From assembly GCA_963813075.1 (NCBI GenBank), contig CAWEXU010000006.1:1-64000 (forward strand): a stretch of 64,000 nucleotides of DNA. Reading direction: 5' to 3'. Both the position numbers and the translations under genes were made by a program. Under the pieces are notes generated by a model. It did not search any database, was not told the DNA's origin, and saw only the letters and a list, made by a program, of their open reading frames with translations. This document shows positions 56,308-64,000 of the stretch, one piece after another. The first letter of the stretch is position 1. The number at the start of each line of letters is the position of its first letter. This stretch comes from Methanotrichaceae archaeon. GTDB taxonomy: Archaea; Halobacteriota; Methanosarcinia; Methanotrichales; Methanotrichaceae.

Positions 56308-59300
56308 CTAGCGGAACTCCAGCCTTGCCTCGCTCTTCGCTTCGACAAGATATGCCCTTCCCGGCTCAAGGGTCTCGTTCTCTCCTAAATTGGTCCAATC
56401 CTCGCCCTCATACTTCCAGACAAAGGCCGAGACCAAACCCTTCTTTACCGCCTCCGGATACCTGTACCTCTTATGCTCGGCATTGATGGTGATGTTGGCC
56501 AGGTCCACGCTCTCATTCACCGGCAGGCCGATCATATTCCATCCCACATGCAGGTCCAGCCGGTAGGGCAGATCGACCGGTTTTCCCGGTATCTCCATGG
56601 TGAAGTTCCCGGTGCTGTCTATCAGATATCCCTCTCCCGCCACAAGGCGGGTCACATTTAGCTTGCCAGCCTCTTTCATCCCGAAATCCCACCCATCTTC
56701 GGCAATGGTGAATATGCTCCGGTAGGGCTTGTTCTTCAGGTATCTATCGGCAGATGCATCCAGGGGGTTCAGATAGATGGACACGGCATTCCACCCGGCA
56801 GTGACATTGATCCTCTGAACCTGGCCAGGTATCAACTCATACTCTATCTGGTAGCTCCTCTTCTCGCCTAGCCTCGGCCTGATTATTGGCCACATAACCC
56901 TCTTTTTCTCGCCCAGAGAATATTCGTCATGCCATAGGGAAAGCCCCTCCTCTTTCACCACGACCTTCTCTGCATCTTTGGGCAAGAGCACCTCGCCGAT
57001 AATAGCAGGAGTAGCATCCAGGTTGATATCGCCGCTGGAGCTTTCCGCCTCAATCCAGTAGATCCAATCGGTGGCGCTCTCGTTAAGTGGAGTGATGCTC
57101 ACCATCAAATCCGTCTCATTCTGATCGCTTTCGTTTTCCGCCGAGATCAATGTGGAATAGGGAAGGGAGGGCGAACGGGGCAGAGCAGGCCTGAAGCTCG
57201 GATCTCCCAGGATGACATTCATGTAGGATGTCTGGTTGAGCATCTCATGAACGGACATATCCCAGTTGGGCAGATCATCATCGTACTCAGAGTTCGGCAT
57301 GAGGCTTTCAGTGCCTCTGGATTTGAGCCGGAACAGGTTGTCCGCTTCCATCTGTGCCTGGCCCACAGTGGCATTCTCGAAGACCAGCGATTGGTAGAAG
57401 CTCTTGTAGTAATCATCGGACAGGAAGATGTAGGAAAAGGCAGAGCCTCCAATATAGTTTACCGCTCCCGCCCTTATGAAAGCCAGAGCGATGGAATCCT
57501 CCAGGTTCCCGGGAACATACATCCTTGTTCCTGTCACATTCAGATAGTATCCTTTGAGATTAGAGGTTAGACAGGCGGCAGCAGTGGTGGTCTGAGGTGG
57601 CAGAGTGATCTCTTTTACCTGCGCCCCGGTAAGGGACGAGTCCATCATCGACCAGGCGGACAGCTCCCAGGAATCCTCACTTCCATGATGATCGAAATGA
57701 GCTATATTCTGGCCGTTATTCATCTGCGAGATCGCCTGCTGATAGGTAGCCTCTTCATGGCGCAGATCTTTGACCGCAAATCCTGCCTCCTCCAGGTACC
57801 CCCTTATGCTTATGCCCACGGGAGCCTGAGGGAATGAGAGAGCAGGAGAGGATACAACCAGTCCGTTATTCTTCCAGCTTCCATTAAGCCGGTCATAGGC
57901 CAGGGTGCGGGCCAGGAGTCCTGAGGCATCATACACAGAAAGCCCCATGATTCTTCCCACTGCCACCGTGCTGTAGTTGCTCGTATCCGGCTTGATCTGA
58001 TAGTCTCTGTAGACCTCGTGCTCCATTACATCCGACAGCTTCTGGAACAGGCCGGTGGATATCAGGGGCATGGATCCGGGATCACCGACCACCATAAGAT
58101 ACTCGGGGTCCAGATTCAACTCCGCTACCTTTTGGTTGAGCATCTCCTCCGTCTCCAATGGGTCGATCTGCTGAGGGTCCTTTGCCACATCAACGATTAT
58201 GGCTTTGTGGGAGGATGCGGCCCCTGCTGCGGTCATCGAGAGCCTGGGGACCTTGGTATGGCTGAAAGCGGTGATATTCAAAACATCGACATTGGAGCGA
58301 ACTTCAATGGTGTTGTTGTCAGTCCGGCCTTCATCCGTCTCGATATTAAACAGCCAGTTTCCCGGGGTTAAAAGGGGCACTCTCACATCATAAAGGCCAT
58401 CCCTGGTTATGTTTGTCAGCTTCATTTGGCCAGCTCTCCTGTCCGGGCTGTAGAGGTTGAGGGCCATGTAGCTGGTGTTCCTCTCAATGTTCCAGGAGAT
58501 GTTGGTGCTTCCTGAGTAGATCCATTTGGGATAGGTCAGGTTGATGACCGGCGGATCGTCCACATTTATGAGAGTATGGTTATAGGTGAAGCCATCATAA
58601 GCCGCTGTAGCTCCGGTGTCCAGCCGCTGCGACCAGCCGGCGTCCATGGGGTACATCAGCTCCACCTCCACATTCAGGCTGGCGGATTTTTCAGGCTCCA
58701 GCCGGCTGAAATCCCAGCGGAGGAGAGTGCCGTTGAGAAACGCAGAGGTTTCTGTAACTGGCTTTCTGCTGTAGGGGTCGGTCACATTAACCCCACCAAA
58801 AGCGGTGCTGGTGAGCCTTATCAGCCTCCCCATGGGGAAGATGTCCCGCAGCTGCACGCCCCTGAGCACCTCCTCGCCGGTATTGGTCAGAGTGATATTG
58901 ATTCTCACCACCTCACCATTCTCATCTGCAGGGACCTGATCCGGGCTCAGCTCCATTCTTATCAGCAGGTCTTTTACCATTGAGCGCTCAATCAGCTTGC
59001 TTGAGGCTGGCGGCAGGAGGGATAGATCATGGGAGTTGGTCAAAACCACCATTGTTGGGCTTTCACCTCTTTTTTTCATCTCTTCGATCAAGAGCTCTTC
59101 GCTGCCTTCGTAGAGAGTGATATTCATCTGACTCAGGTTCTGCAATACATTCTTGGATATCGGACCGAGCAAGATCGCCTCCTCAGCTCCCAGCCGGTTC
59201 AATGCAAGACCGGTCTCTTCCGGCAGGGTCTCATTCACAAAAAGCAGCGGCCAGTTCAGGTAGGAGGCAATGGGTGCTGCCTGAAGGGCAGCGGTATAGT

Positions 59301-60642
59301 TCTCTCCCACAATCACAGCTCCCGGAGAGGCTACCCAGCGGCGGCTTATCTTCTCACCCAGGTCGAAGCTGTTGTTGGCCATTATGGTCGCGTCGCTTCT
59401 CCAGGATACATTGCCCACCGCAAGAACCTCTCCCCCAAGCTGATTCAGCAGCCAGCGAGCCGCAGAGGAGGGTGGCTCAAGCTCTGACCAGATGGGCGTA
59501 TGGACGACGTCGTACTCGAAGGCAATTCCCGAGGCACCTGATTCTGCCAGATCCTCGATATAACCTACGGCTCCCTTTACATTCTGGGTGGAGAGGACGT
59601 AGCCCACATAATCATCGCTCAGCCGGATGTAAACCGGGTTAATGCTATCCCCGATGGCCAGCCTGACATCATCGGCTGAGATGGGAGAGATCAATGTGAA
59701 GTCTGCCACCTTTGCCATCCGGGCGAAGTCGTATCCCCGGCTCCGGTCGAAGGGACTGTCCAGTGCCACACCAAGCTTAACCGGGCCCAGGTCAGATGTT
59801 ATGTTCCGGGCATCCATTACGATCCTCATCAGCTGGTCCTGCTTCCACCCGGCCCATCTCTCCCGGTTGTAGCTGTTGGCATTGACCTTACTGATATCTA
59901 TTCCTGTGTCCGTATAGAACCTCTCTTTGCAGATGTCGCAGTAGCAATAATTTTCGTCCTGGAATCCGAACTGGTAGAGGACGACACCATCGACATGATA
60001 GTCATCGATCAGCATCTCGATCTGGTTGTACAGATTGTCCCTCACCTCGGGGTTTGCCGGGCAGAAATAGCTGCTATTGCCTCCTATGGCTGGGTCAGGC
60101 TGCTGCAATAGATAGCTATCGATTCCGGACTGATCCGGCTCCAACGACCTCAGGCCAGCCTCGGCCATCAGGGCCATCTCCTCTTCCAGACCTTCCAGCT
60201 CGTCAGCTGCGGCTTCGGACACTGGTATCTCTAAAGTGACGGCGACATAAGCCTGGATACCGTCCTTTTGGGCTGCTTCCACCATAGACCTGACCCTGTC
60301 GCCAGAGCCGTGTATGGTTATTGCGCTTATATTTGCCCCTTTGAATGTATCCAGAATTGCCGAAGCACCATATCTCTTGATATCGCTCTCTTCGATCCAG
60401 CCATTTCTCTCACCGGCATGGACCTCTTTGGGGAGGATGAGCATCGGCTTGACAGTAGTGCTGTTCTCATGGGAATAGATGGCCAGAGGGGTGGCGGCAA
60501 TAGATGCATGCCAGTCGTCTGCGCCAACCAGGATAACATCTTCGAATTCTCCTTTCACTCCCATAGCCCGTGGCTGGTCATCTGCCCCAGATATCTGAAA
60601 AGTAGATAGTATAATTATAACTAATAAACAAATGCTCTTCAA
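56308..60642 (-). CDS. Giant secreted multidomain protein: glycoside-hydrolase-like barrel, cell-wall-binding-like repeats, DUF11 and C25 (gingipain-like) peptidase
   Basis: Signal peptide; CPANPEVR..VDGV..CYCDIC; AAPIAS..PLLF; LMVVGDP, VGRIMG, FDHHGS..AAAC, ILGDPS; GWN repeats at the C-terminus. Confidence 0.75.
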   Translation of the reverse strand: MKSICLLVIIILSTFQISGADDQPRAMGVKGEFEDVILVGADDWHASIAATPLAIYSHENSTTVKPMLILPKEVHAGERNGWIEESDIKRYGASAILDTFKGANISAITIHGSGDRVRSMVEAAQKDGIQAYVAVTLEIPVSEAAADELEGLEEEMALMAEAGLRSLEPDQSGIDSYLLQQPDPAIGGNSSYFCPANPEVRDNLYNQIEMLIDDYHVDGVVLYQFGFQDENYCYCDICKERFYTDTGIDISKVNANSYNRERWAGWKQDQLMRIVMDARNITSDLGPVKLGVALDSPFDRSRGYDFARMAKVADFTLISPISADDVRLAIGDSINPVYIRLSDDYVGYVLSTQNVKGAVGYIEDLAESGASGIAFEYDVVHTPIWSELEPPSSAARWLLNQLGGEVLAVGNVSWRSDATIMANNSFDLGEKISRRWVASPGAVIVGENYTAALQAAPIASYLNWPLLFVNETLPEETGLALNRLGAEEAILLGPISKNVLQNLSQMNITLYEGSEELLIEEMKKRGESPTMVVLTNSHDLSLLPPASSKLIERSMVKDLLIRMELSPDQVPADENGEVVRINITLTNTGEEVLRGVQLRDIFPMGRLIRLTSTAFGGVNVTDPYSRKPVTETSAFLNGTLLRWDFSRLEPEKSASLNVEVELMYPMDAGWSQRLDTGATAAYDGFTYNHTLINVDDPPVINLTYPKWIYSGSTNISWNIERNTSYMALNLYSPDRRAGQMKLTNITRDGLYDVRVPLLTPGNWLFNIETDEGRTDNNTIEVRSNVDVLNITAFSHTKVPRLSMTAAGAASSHKAIIVDVAKDPQQIDPLETEEMLNQKVAELNLDPEYLMVVGDPGSMPLISTGLFQKLSDVMEHEVYRDYQIKPDTSNYSTVAVGRIMGLSVYDASGLLARTLAYDRLNGSWKNNGLVVSSPALSFPQAPVGISIRGYLEEAGFAVKDLRHEEATYQQAISQMNNGQNIAHFDHHGSEDSWELSAWSMMDSSLTGAQVKEITLPPQTTTAAACLTSNLKGYYLNVTGTRMYVPGNLEDSIALAFIRAGAVNYIGGSAFSYIFLSDDYYKSFYQSLVFENATVGQAQMEADNLFRLKSRGTESLMPNSEYDDDLPNWDMSVHEMLNQTSYMNVILGDPSFRPALPRSPSLPYSTLISAENESDQNETDLMVSITPLNESATDWIYWIEAESSSGDINLDATPAIIGEVLLPKDAEKVVVKEEGLSLWHDEYSLGEKKRVMWPIIRPRLGEKRSYQIEYELIPGQVQRINVTAGWNAVSIYLNPLDASADRYLKNKPYRSIFTIAEDGWDFGMKEAGKLNVTRLVAGEGYLIDSTGNFTMEIPGKPVDLPYRLDLHVGWNMIGLPVNESVDLANITINAEHKRYRYPEAVKKGLVSAFVWKYEGEDWTNLGENETLEPGRAYLVEAKSEARLEFR

Positions 60643-62231
60643 GCGCTCACCTCCTCCAATAAGACACCTGCCTCACGAAGTGCCTTCGTATAATCGTCTT
60701 CAACCCTGCCCACGACCGTCACCTGGGTGAGGGAGGTATTGCTTTCAGTCATCTCCTCTATGGCCTCCAGGGAGGCGGGTGTGACATTGCCTCTGCATAC
60801 CACCATTGGCAAGCTCTCATTCATCGCTATCTGATAGGCTCGGTATATGTCTGCATGCCTGGGGGTGGTCAAAACTGCCCTGGAGGTACCATTATTCCAG
60901 ATCTCCTTCATAAAGAGCCAGCACTCTTCATAGAGGCTTTCGCTATGTATGCGCTTGATTTCGACATCTTGAAGCTCTTTATTGATATCCTGGGGAATAA
61001 CAGATTCATTGCCCAGGATCACGATACTGATATAGCCCTGCAGCCTCTCCAGATAATCTTTGGACAACTCGTCCTGAGGTATCATGTATACGTCCGGGGT
61101 CTTATTGCCAAATAGGGCCAGAGCACCTACTGTGCCATAGATGACATCGTCTCCGGTAACCACCGCCAGTCCCCCGGGAGCTACTGCGGAAATGGTCGCG
61201 GTCTCCTCAGGCATCGGAATGCCATGTGAGTCTGAGAGCTTGAAGATGAGGGGATACTCGCCTGCTTTTGATGCCAGAATGGTGAAGTTAGCATATCCGG
61301 GCTCCTCTGGGGTTACAGACACCGTCTGCGCCAGAGGTATCACCATCAGCTCATCGGGAGAGTACATCGAGACCCATATGTCCTCTTTGACATCTAAAAT
61401 TATCTTGAATTTGCCCTCATAGCTCTTGTTGGTAGCGATCCTCTCCGGGACAACAATCTCCGTATCGTAGCCTCTGACCACCAATCCAAACTCGACCTCC
61501 GCCTGGACCGAGGAGTTCCTGGATCGGTTGCCCAGGGATGTGGCGGTTATGGTTACATTATCCTTCTCGCCTGGCTTGGTCGTCTGTACCTGCAGCTTGA
61601 TCTCATGGGTCGCCCCGGGATCCAGGGGCAGGTCATAGGGCATGCCAAGGGGCTCATCGTCATCCAGCAGCACGACGCTCCAGCCTTCTGGCAGAATTCC
61701 TGCGTCAATCGAGGCGATATCTCTGAATGAGCCCAGATTCTTGACCGCCAGGTTAAACTGGGCAATATCCTTGGCGCTGGCTCGAAGAGAGGCTGATTTG
61801 GCATCTTCCACGGTCATGACAATGCCGTAGCTCTCCTGCACAATGACTTCCACATGAAAGTCTATTCTTAAAGGAATGGAAGGGGGAGCGCTCTCCATCA
61901 GGTATATAGATCCGGTGTAGACACCAGGCTCAGTCTCCGGGGGTATGCCGATATAGATCTTGATCTCTGCCTCGTCCCCTGGTGAAAGAGGTTTACCTTC
62001 CGGAACGTCGATGAAAATATAATCTCCGGCGTTTCCGATCATTTCGGTTTTAGAGATCTTGAAGATGGTTGAGTCTCCATTATTAATCACCTTAAGGGTC
62101 CTCTCGTCACCGTCTCCTGGATGAAGAACGATGTCAAATCTATCTTTATCTGGTGTCAGCTGGGCGGCGCTGGCGCCGATCAGCAGAAACAGAATCATAA
62201 ATGGGTATATCAGCCTCATCTCACACCACAT
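60639..62231 (-). CDS. Secreted Ig/NEW3-like domain S-layer-associated protein
   Basis: Signal peptide, VINNG / VKNLG..LPEGW Ig-like motifs; overlaps the downstream gene by 4 nt. Confidence 0.7.
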   Translation of the reverse strand: MWCEMRLIYPFMILFLLIGASAAQLTPDKDRFDIVLHPGDGDERTLKVINNGDSTIFKISKTEMIGNAGDYIFIDVPEGKPLSPGDEAEIKIYIGIPPETEPGVYTGSIYLMESAPPSIPLRIDFHVEVIVQESYGIVMTVEDAKSASLRASAKDIAQFNLAVKNLGSFRDIASIDAGILPEGWSVVLLDDDEPLGMPYDLPLDPGATHEIKLQVQTTKPGEKDNVTITATSLGNRSRNSSVQAEVEFGLVVRGYDTEIVVPERIATNKSYEGKFKIILDVKEDIWVSMYSPDELMVIPLAQTVSVTPEEPGYANFTILASKAGEYPLIFKLSDSHGIPMPEETATISAVAPGGLAVVTGDDVIYGTVGALALFGNKTPDVYMIPQDELSKDYLERLQGYISIVILGNESVIPQDINKELQDVEIKRIHSESLYEECWLFMKEIWNNGTSRAVLTTPRHADIYRAYQIAMNESLPMVVCRGNVTPASLEAIEEMTESNTSLTQVTVVGRVEDDYTKALREAGVLLEEVSA

Positions 62232-62388
62232 GGCATATGCTGGATTTTTTTACAGTGAATATAGCTATTTTTCTTACCTTATATCCTTTACCCAGAGAAT
62301 TGTATAAGTTCCAGGCACTCTTTATCTGGGCGATCATCTGGATCGACCGGTTTGGGCGATTATCTGGATAGACTGGTTTATATCTGTT

Positions 62389-62892
62389 ATGTGCATGAAC
62401 AGCTTTTGGTGTGTTTCTTTGGACCGTGAGAAAGCAATCCTCGTGGCCACGCCCTTCAAGAAGCGGGGCAAGAAGAGCCTGAAGATAAGCGATTTCATCT
62501 TTGCTCTCTCCCTGGATCTGAAATGGGGGTCTCCGGAGAAGGTGCGCGCTCTACTCAGGGAGGCTGAAGCTGAAGGGATGGTAAAGATGGAAGGAGAGAT
62601 GGTGTCTGCAGGGTCCGACCTGGAGGCGGTGGAGGTTCCCATGGGCTTTAAACCCTCAACGGAAGAGGGCATACTGGACCAGGGAATAAGGCTCATCACC
62701 TCCCAGACGGGCATGAGCAGAAAAGAGGTCATAGCCCTGGCCAATGAGAAACAGGATTCCCTGAAAAAGCTGGTGGAGCTGGATGCGGTGGTCCTCCTGC
62801 TGGCCAGAGAGATGGGGATCGATGTCCACGATCTGGCGGAAAAGGCTTATGAGAACCTCCTTGCCCGCACCAGGGGAGTTCAGGAGAGCTAA
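62389..62892 (+). CDS. DUF2240-like archaeal protein (start uncertain)
   Basis: VATPFKKRG..FIFALSLDLKW.SP..VEVPMGFKP. Confidence 0.75.
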   Translation: MCMNSFWCVSLDREKAILVATPFKKRGKKSLKISDFIFALSLDLKWGSPEKVRALLREAEAEGMVKMEGEMVSAGSDLEAVEVPMGFKPSTEEGILDQGIRLITSQTGMSRKEVIALANEKQDSLKKLVELDAVVLLLAREMGIDVHDLAEKAYENLLARTRGVQES

Positions 62893-62902
62893 GGAGAAAG
62901 AT

Positions 62903-63073
62903 ATGGCAAGCATTACCCTCTATGAGCTGCTGGGGATACCCAAAGAGCGCGCCGATGAAGTCGCCAGGAGGGTCAGAGATGCATTCTCTGAATCGGATAC
63001 GCCCGGGGAATGGGTTGGAAGGCTGATAGAGGAGTTTGGAGTGGACAGGAATAATGCAGATATCTTTGCCTGA
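62903..63073 (+). CDS. Small hypothetical protein, possibly truncated next to the IS element
   Basis: AAGGAG SD; MASITLYELLGIPKERADEV... 56 aa. Confidence 0.55.
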   Translation: MASITLYELLGIPKERADEVARRVRDAFSESDTPGEWVGRLIEEFGVDRNNADIFA

Positions 63074-63103
63074 AGGCAGACTCTCGGGACAGGATGGATA
63101 TGC

Positions 63104-63492
63104 GTCAACCACCGCGTCCTGAAGGGCGCGGCTTGCCTCTACGCAAAAAGTCGCGAGGCGCAAGGGTGGCTGACTCTTCATGCTGACTACACTGTGGCAC
63201 GATAATGTTGTGCTGGCACCCCAGGCACGGGAAGAGGCTTCATCTGTCATGCAATCCACCAGATTCCTTGCGGAATCTCGTGCTTCCGATGCCGTGTCTG
63301 TTCGATTTGCTGGTATGAGTCAGTTAAGCCGTGTGTCTGTTCCTCGTCAAAACGAGGGGAAGTGCCCAACCATATCGAATGGTCTGACTCTAGCAATAGA
63401 CAACAGGAGACAGATTTGTGAGCATAAATAACTTACGGGAGTCGCCCAATTCATACCCACCCTGAAGGATGGGGACTCCTTGGGCAACAAGT
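63104..63492 (+). mobile_element. Non-autonomous IS200/IS605 (IscB-type) element carrying an omegaRNA/HEARO-like scaffold but no ORF
   Basis: 5' GTCAACCACCGCGTCCTGAAGGGCGCGGCTTG and 3' CAATTCATACCCACCCTGAAGGATGGGGACTCCTTG terminal hairpins share a CCTGAAGG loop; GTCAACCACC pairs with GGTGGCTGAC. Confidence 0.8.
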
Positions 63493-63563
63493 TGAAGGGC
63501 GTGGTATTTCTTATGCCAGACCCTATAAGTGCGAGCAGCCGGTAATCGCAAGCTTAATCTGCC

Positions 63564-64000
63564 ATGGGAGAGTTTTCGGCGCTTATGACTCCCAGGGTTC
63601 TATTTACAACCTCTTACCGAAACAGCTCTGAGCCCTACGACTACATCGGGGCCAACACCCGGTCGTGGTTCAGATTTTACTGGCCGCGCATCCAATCATT
63701 TGGCCTGAGATTTCTGAAGCAGAACATTCCGGAGATTGAGATCCTGGAGTTCCCGACCTGGGATGAATACAATAAGAAGCTCCAGGAGGGCTGGGATGTT
63801 GTCGGCCTCTCCTTTTATCTGAGCGAGACCCATGAGGCGGTACAGATGGCTGAAGCGGCCCATAAAACGGGCGCAGAGGTCTGGGCAGGAAACTACGGCG
63901 CTCTGACCACCGCTGTGCAGGACAAGTTCGACAAGATATTCGTGGGATATGCAGAGCATCAGCTAGCACCCTATTTCGGCAGGCAGATTAAGGACATCAT
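63564..64000 (+). CDS. Probable B12-binding radical SAM protein, N-terminal part (runs off the window)
   Basis: Hand-translated ...SFGLRFLKQNIPEIEILEFPTW..WDVVGLSFY..VWAGNYGA; the radical SAM motif lies outside the window. Confidence 0.6.
   Translation, partial: MGEFSALMTPRVLFTTSYRNSSEPYDYIGANTRSWFRFYWPRIQSFGLRFLKQNIPEIEILEFPTWDEYNKKLQEGWDVVGLSFYLSETHEAVQMAEAAHKTGAEVWAGNYGALTTAVQDKFDKIFVGYAEHQLAPYFGRQIKDI

Noticed and set aside
63180..63431. 83-aa ORF inside the IS200/IS605-like element as a possible IscB/TnpA
   Set aside because: No PLMP, RuvC, HNH or HUH motifs; it overlaps the predicted RNA scaffold

Overview
Chromosomal window from a Methanothrix (Methanosaeta)-like aceticlastic methanogen; the 16S gene contains GCTAGGTGTCGGCCACGGTGCGA, the target of the Methanosaetaceae MX825 probe. 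Left to right it holds: sepS (partial) and rpiA; a GNAT toxin-antitoxin-like pair; an exported thioredoxin/CcdA pair present twice; a GlcD/GlcF-like oxidoreductase; and a ~14 kb arsenic/sulfur island (acr3, arsC, arsM, two ArsP-like permeases, three ArsR plus an ArsR-FeS fusion, a secreted rhodanese, DsrEFH). Housekeeping genes follow, then a full rRNA operon (16S-tRNA-Ala-23S-5S) with two structured ~140-nt tandem repeats after it. Next is an AT-richer island encoding two paralogous pilin/WxL-like secreted proteins, a chaperone-like two-Ig protein and two DUF11 adhesins, ending in HicAB genes. The right part has RNase P RNA, rlmE, alba, PMM, aglJ, a giant C25-peptidase surface protein and an ORF-less IscB-type omegaRNA (HEARO-like) IS200/IS605 element. 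The best candidates for undescribed biology are the putative archaeal chaperone-assisted pilus/WxL-like locus, the stand-alone omegaRNA element, the sulfur-relay/arsenic operon and the 5S-tail repeats. About ten genes are split by frameshifts, probably assembly indels. All family calls are by eye, with no database searches.
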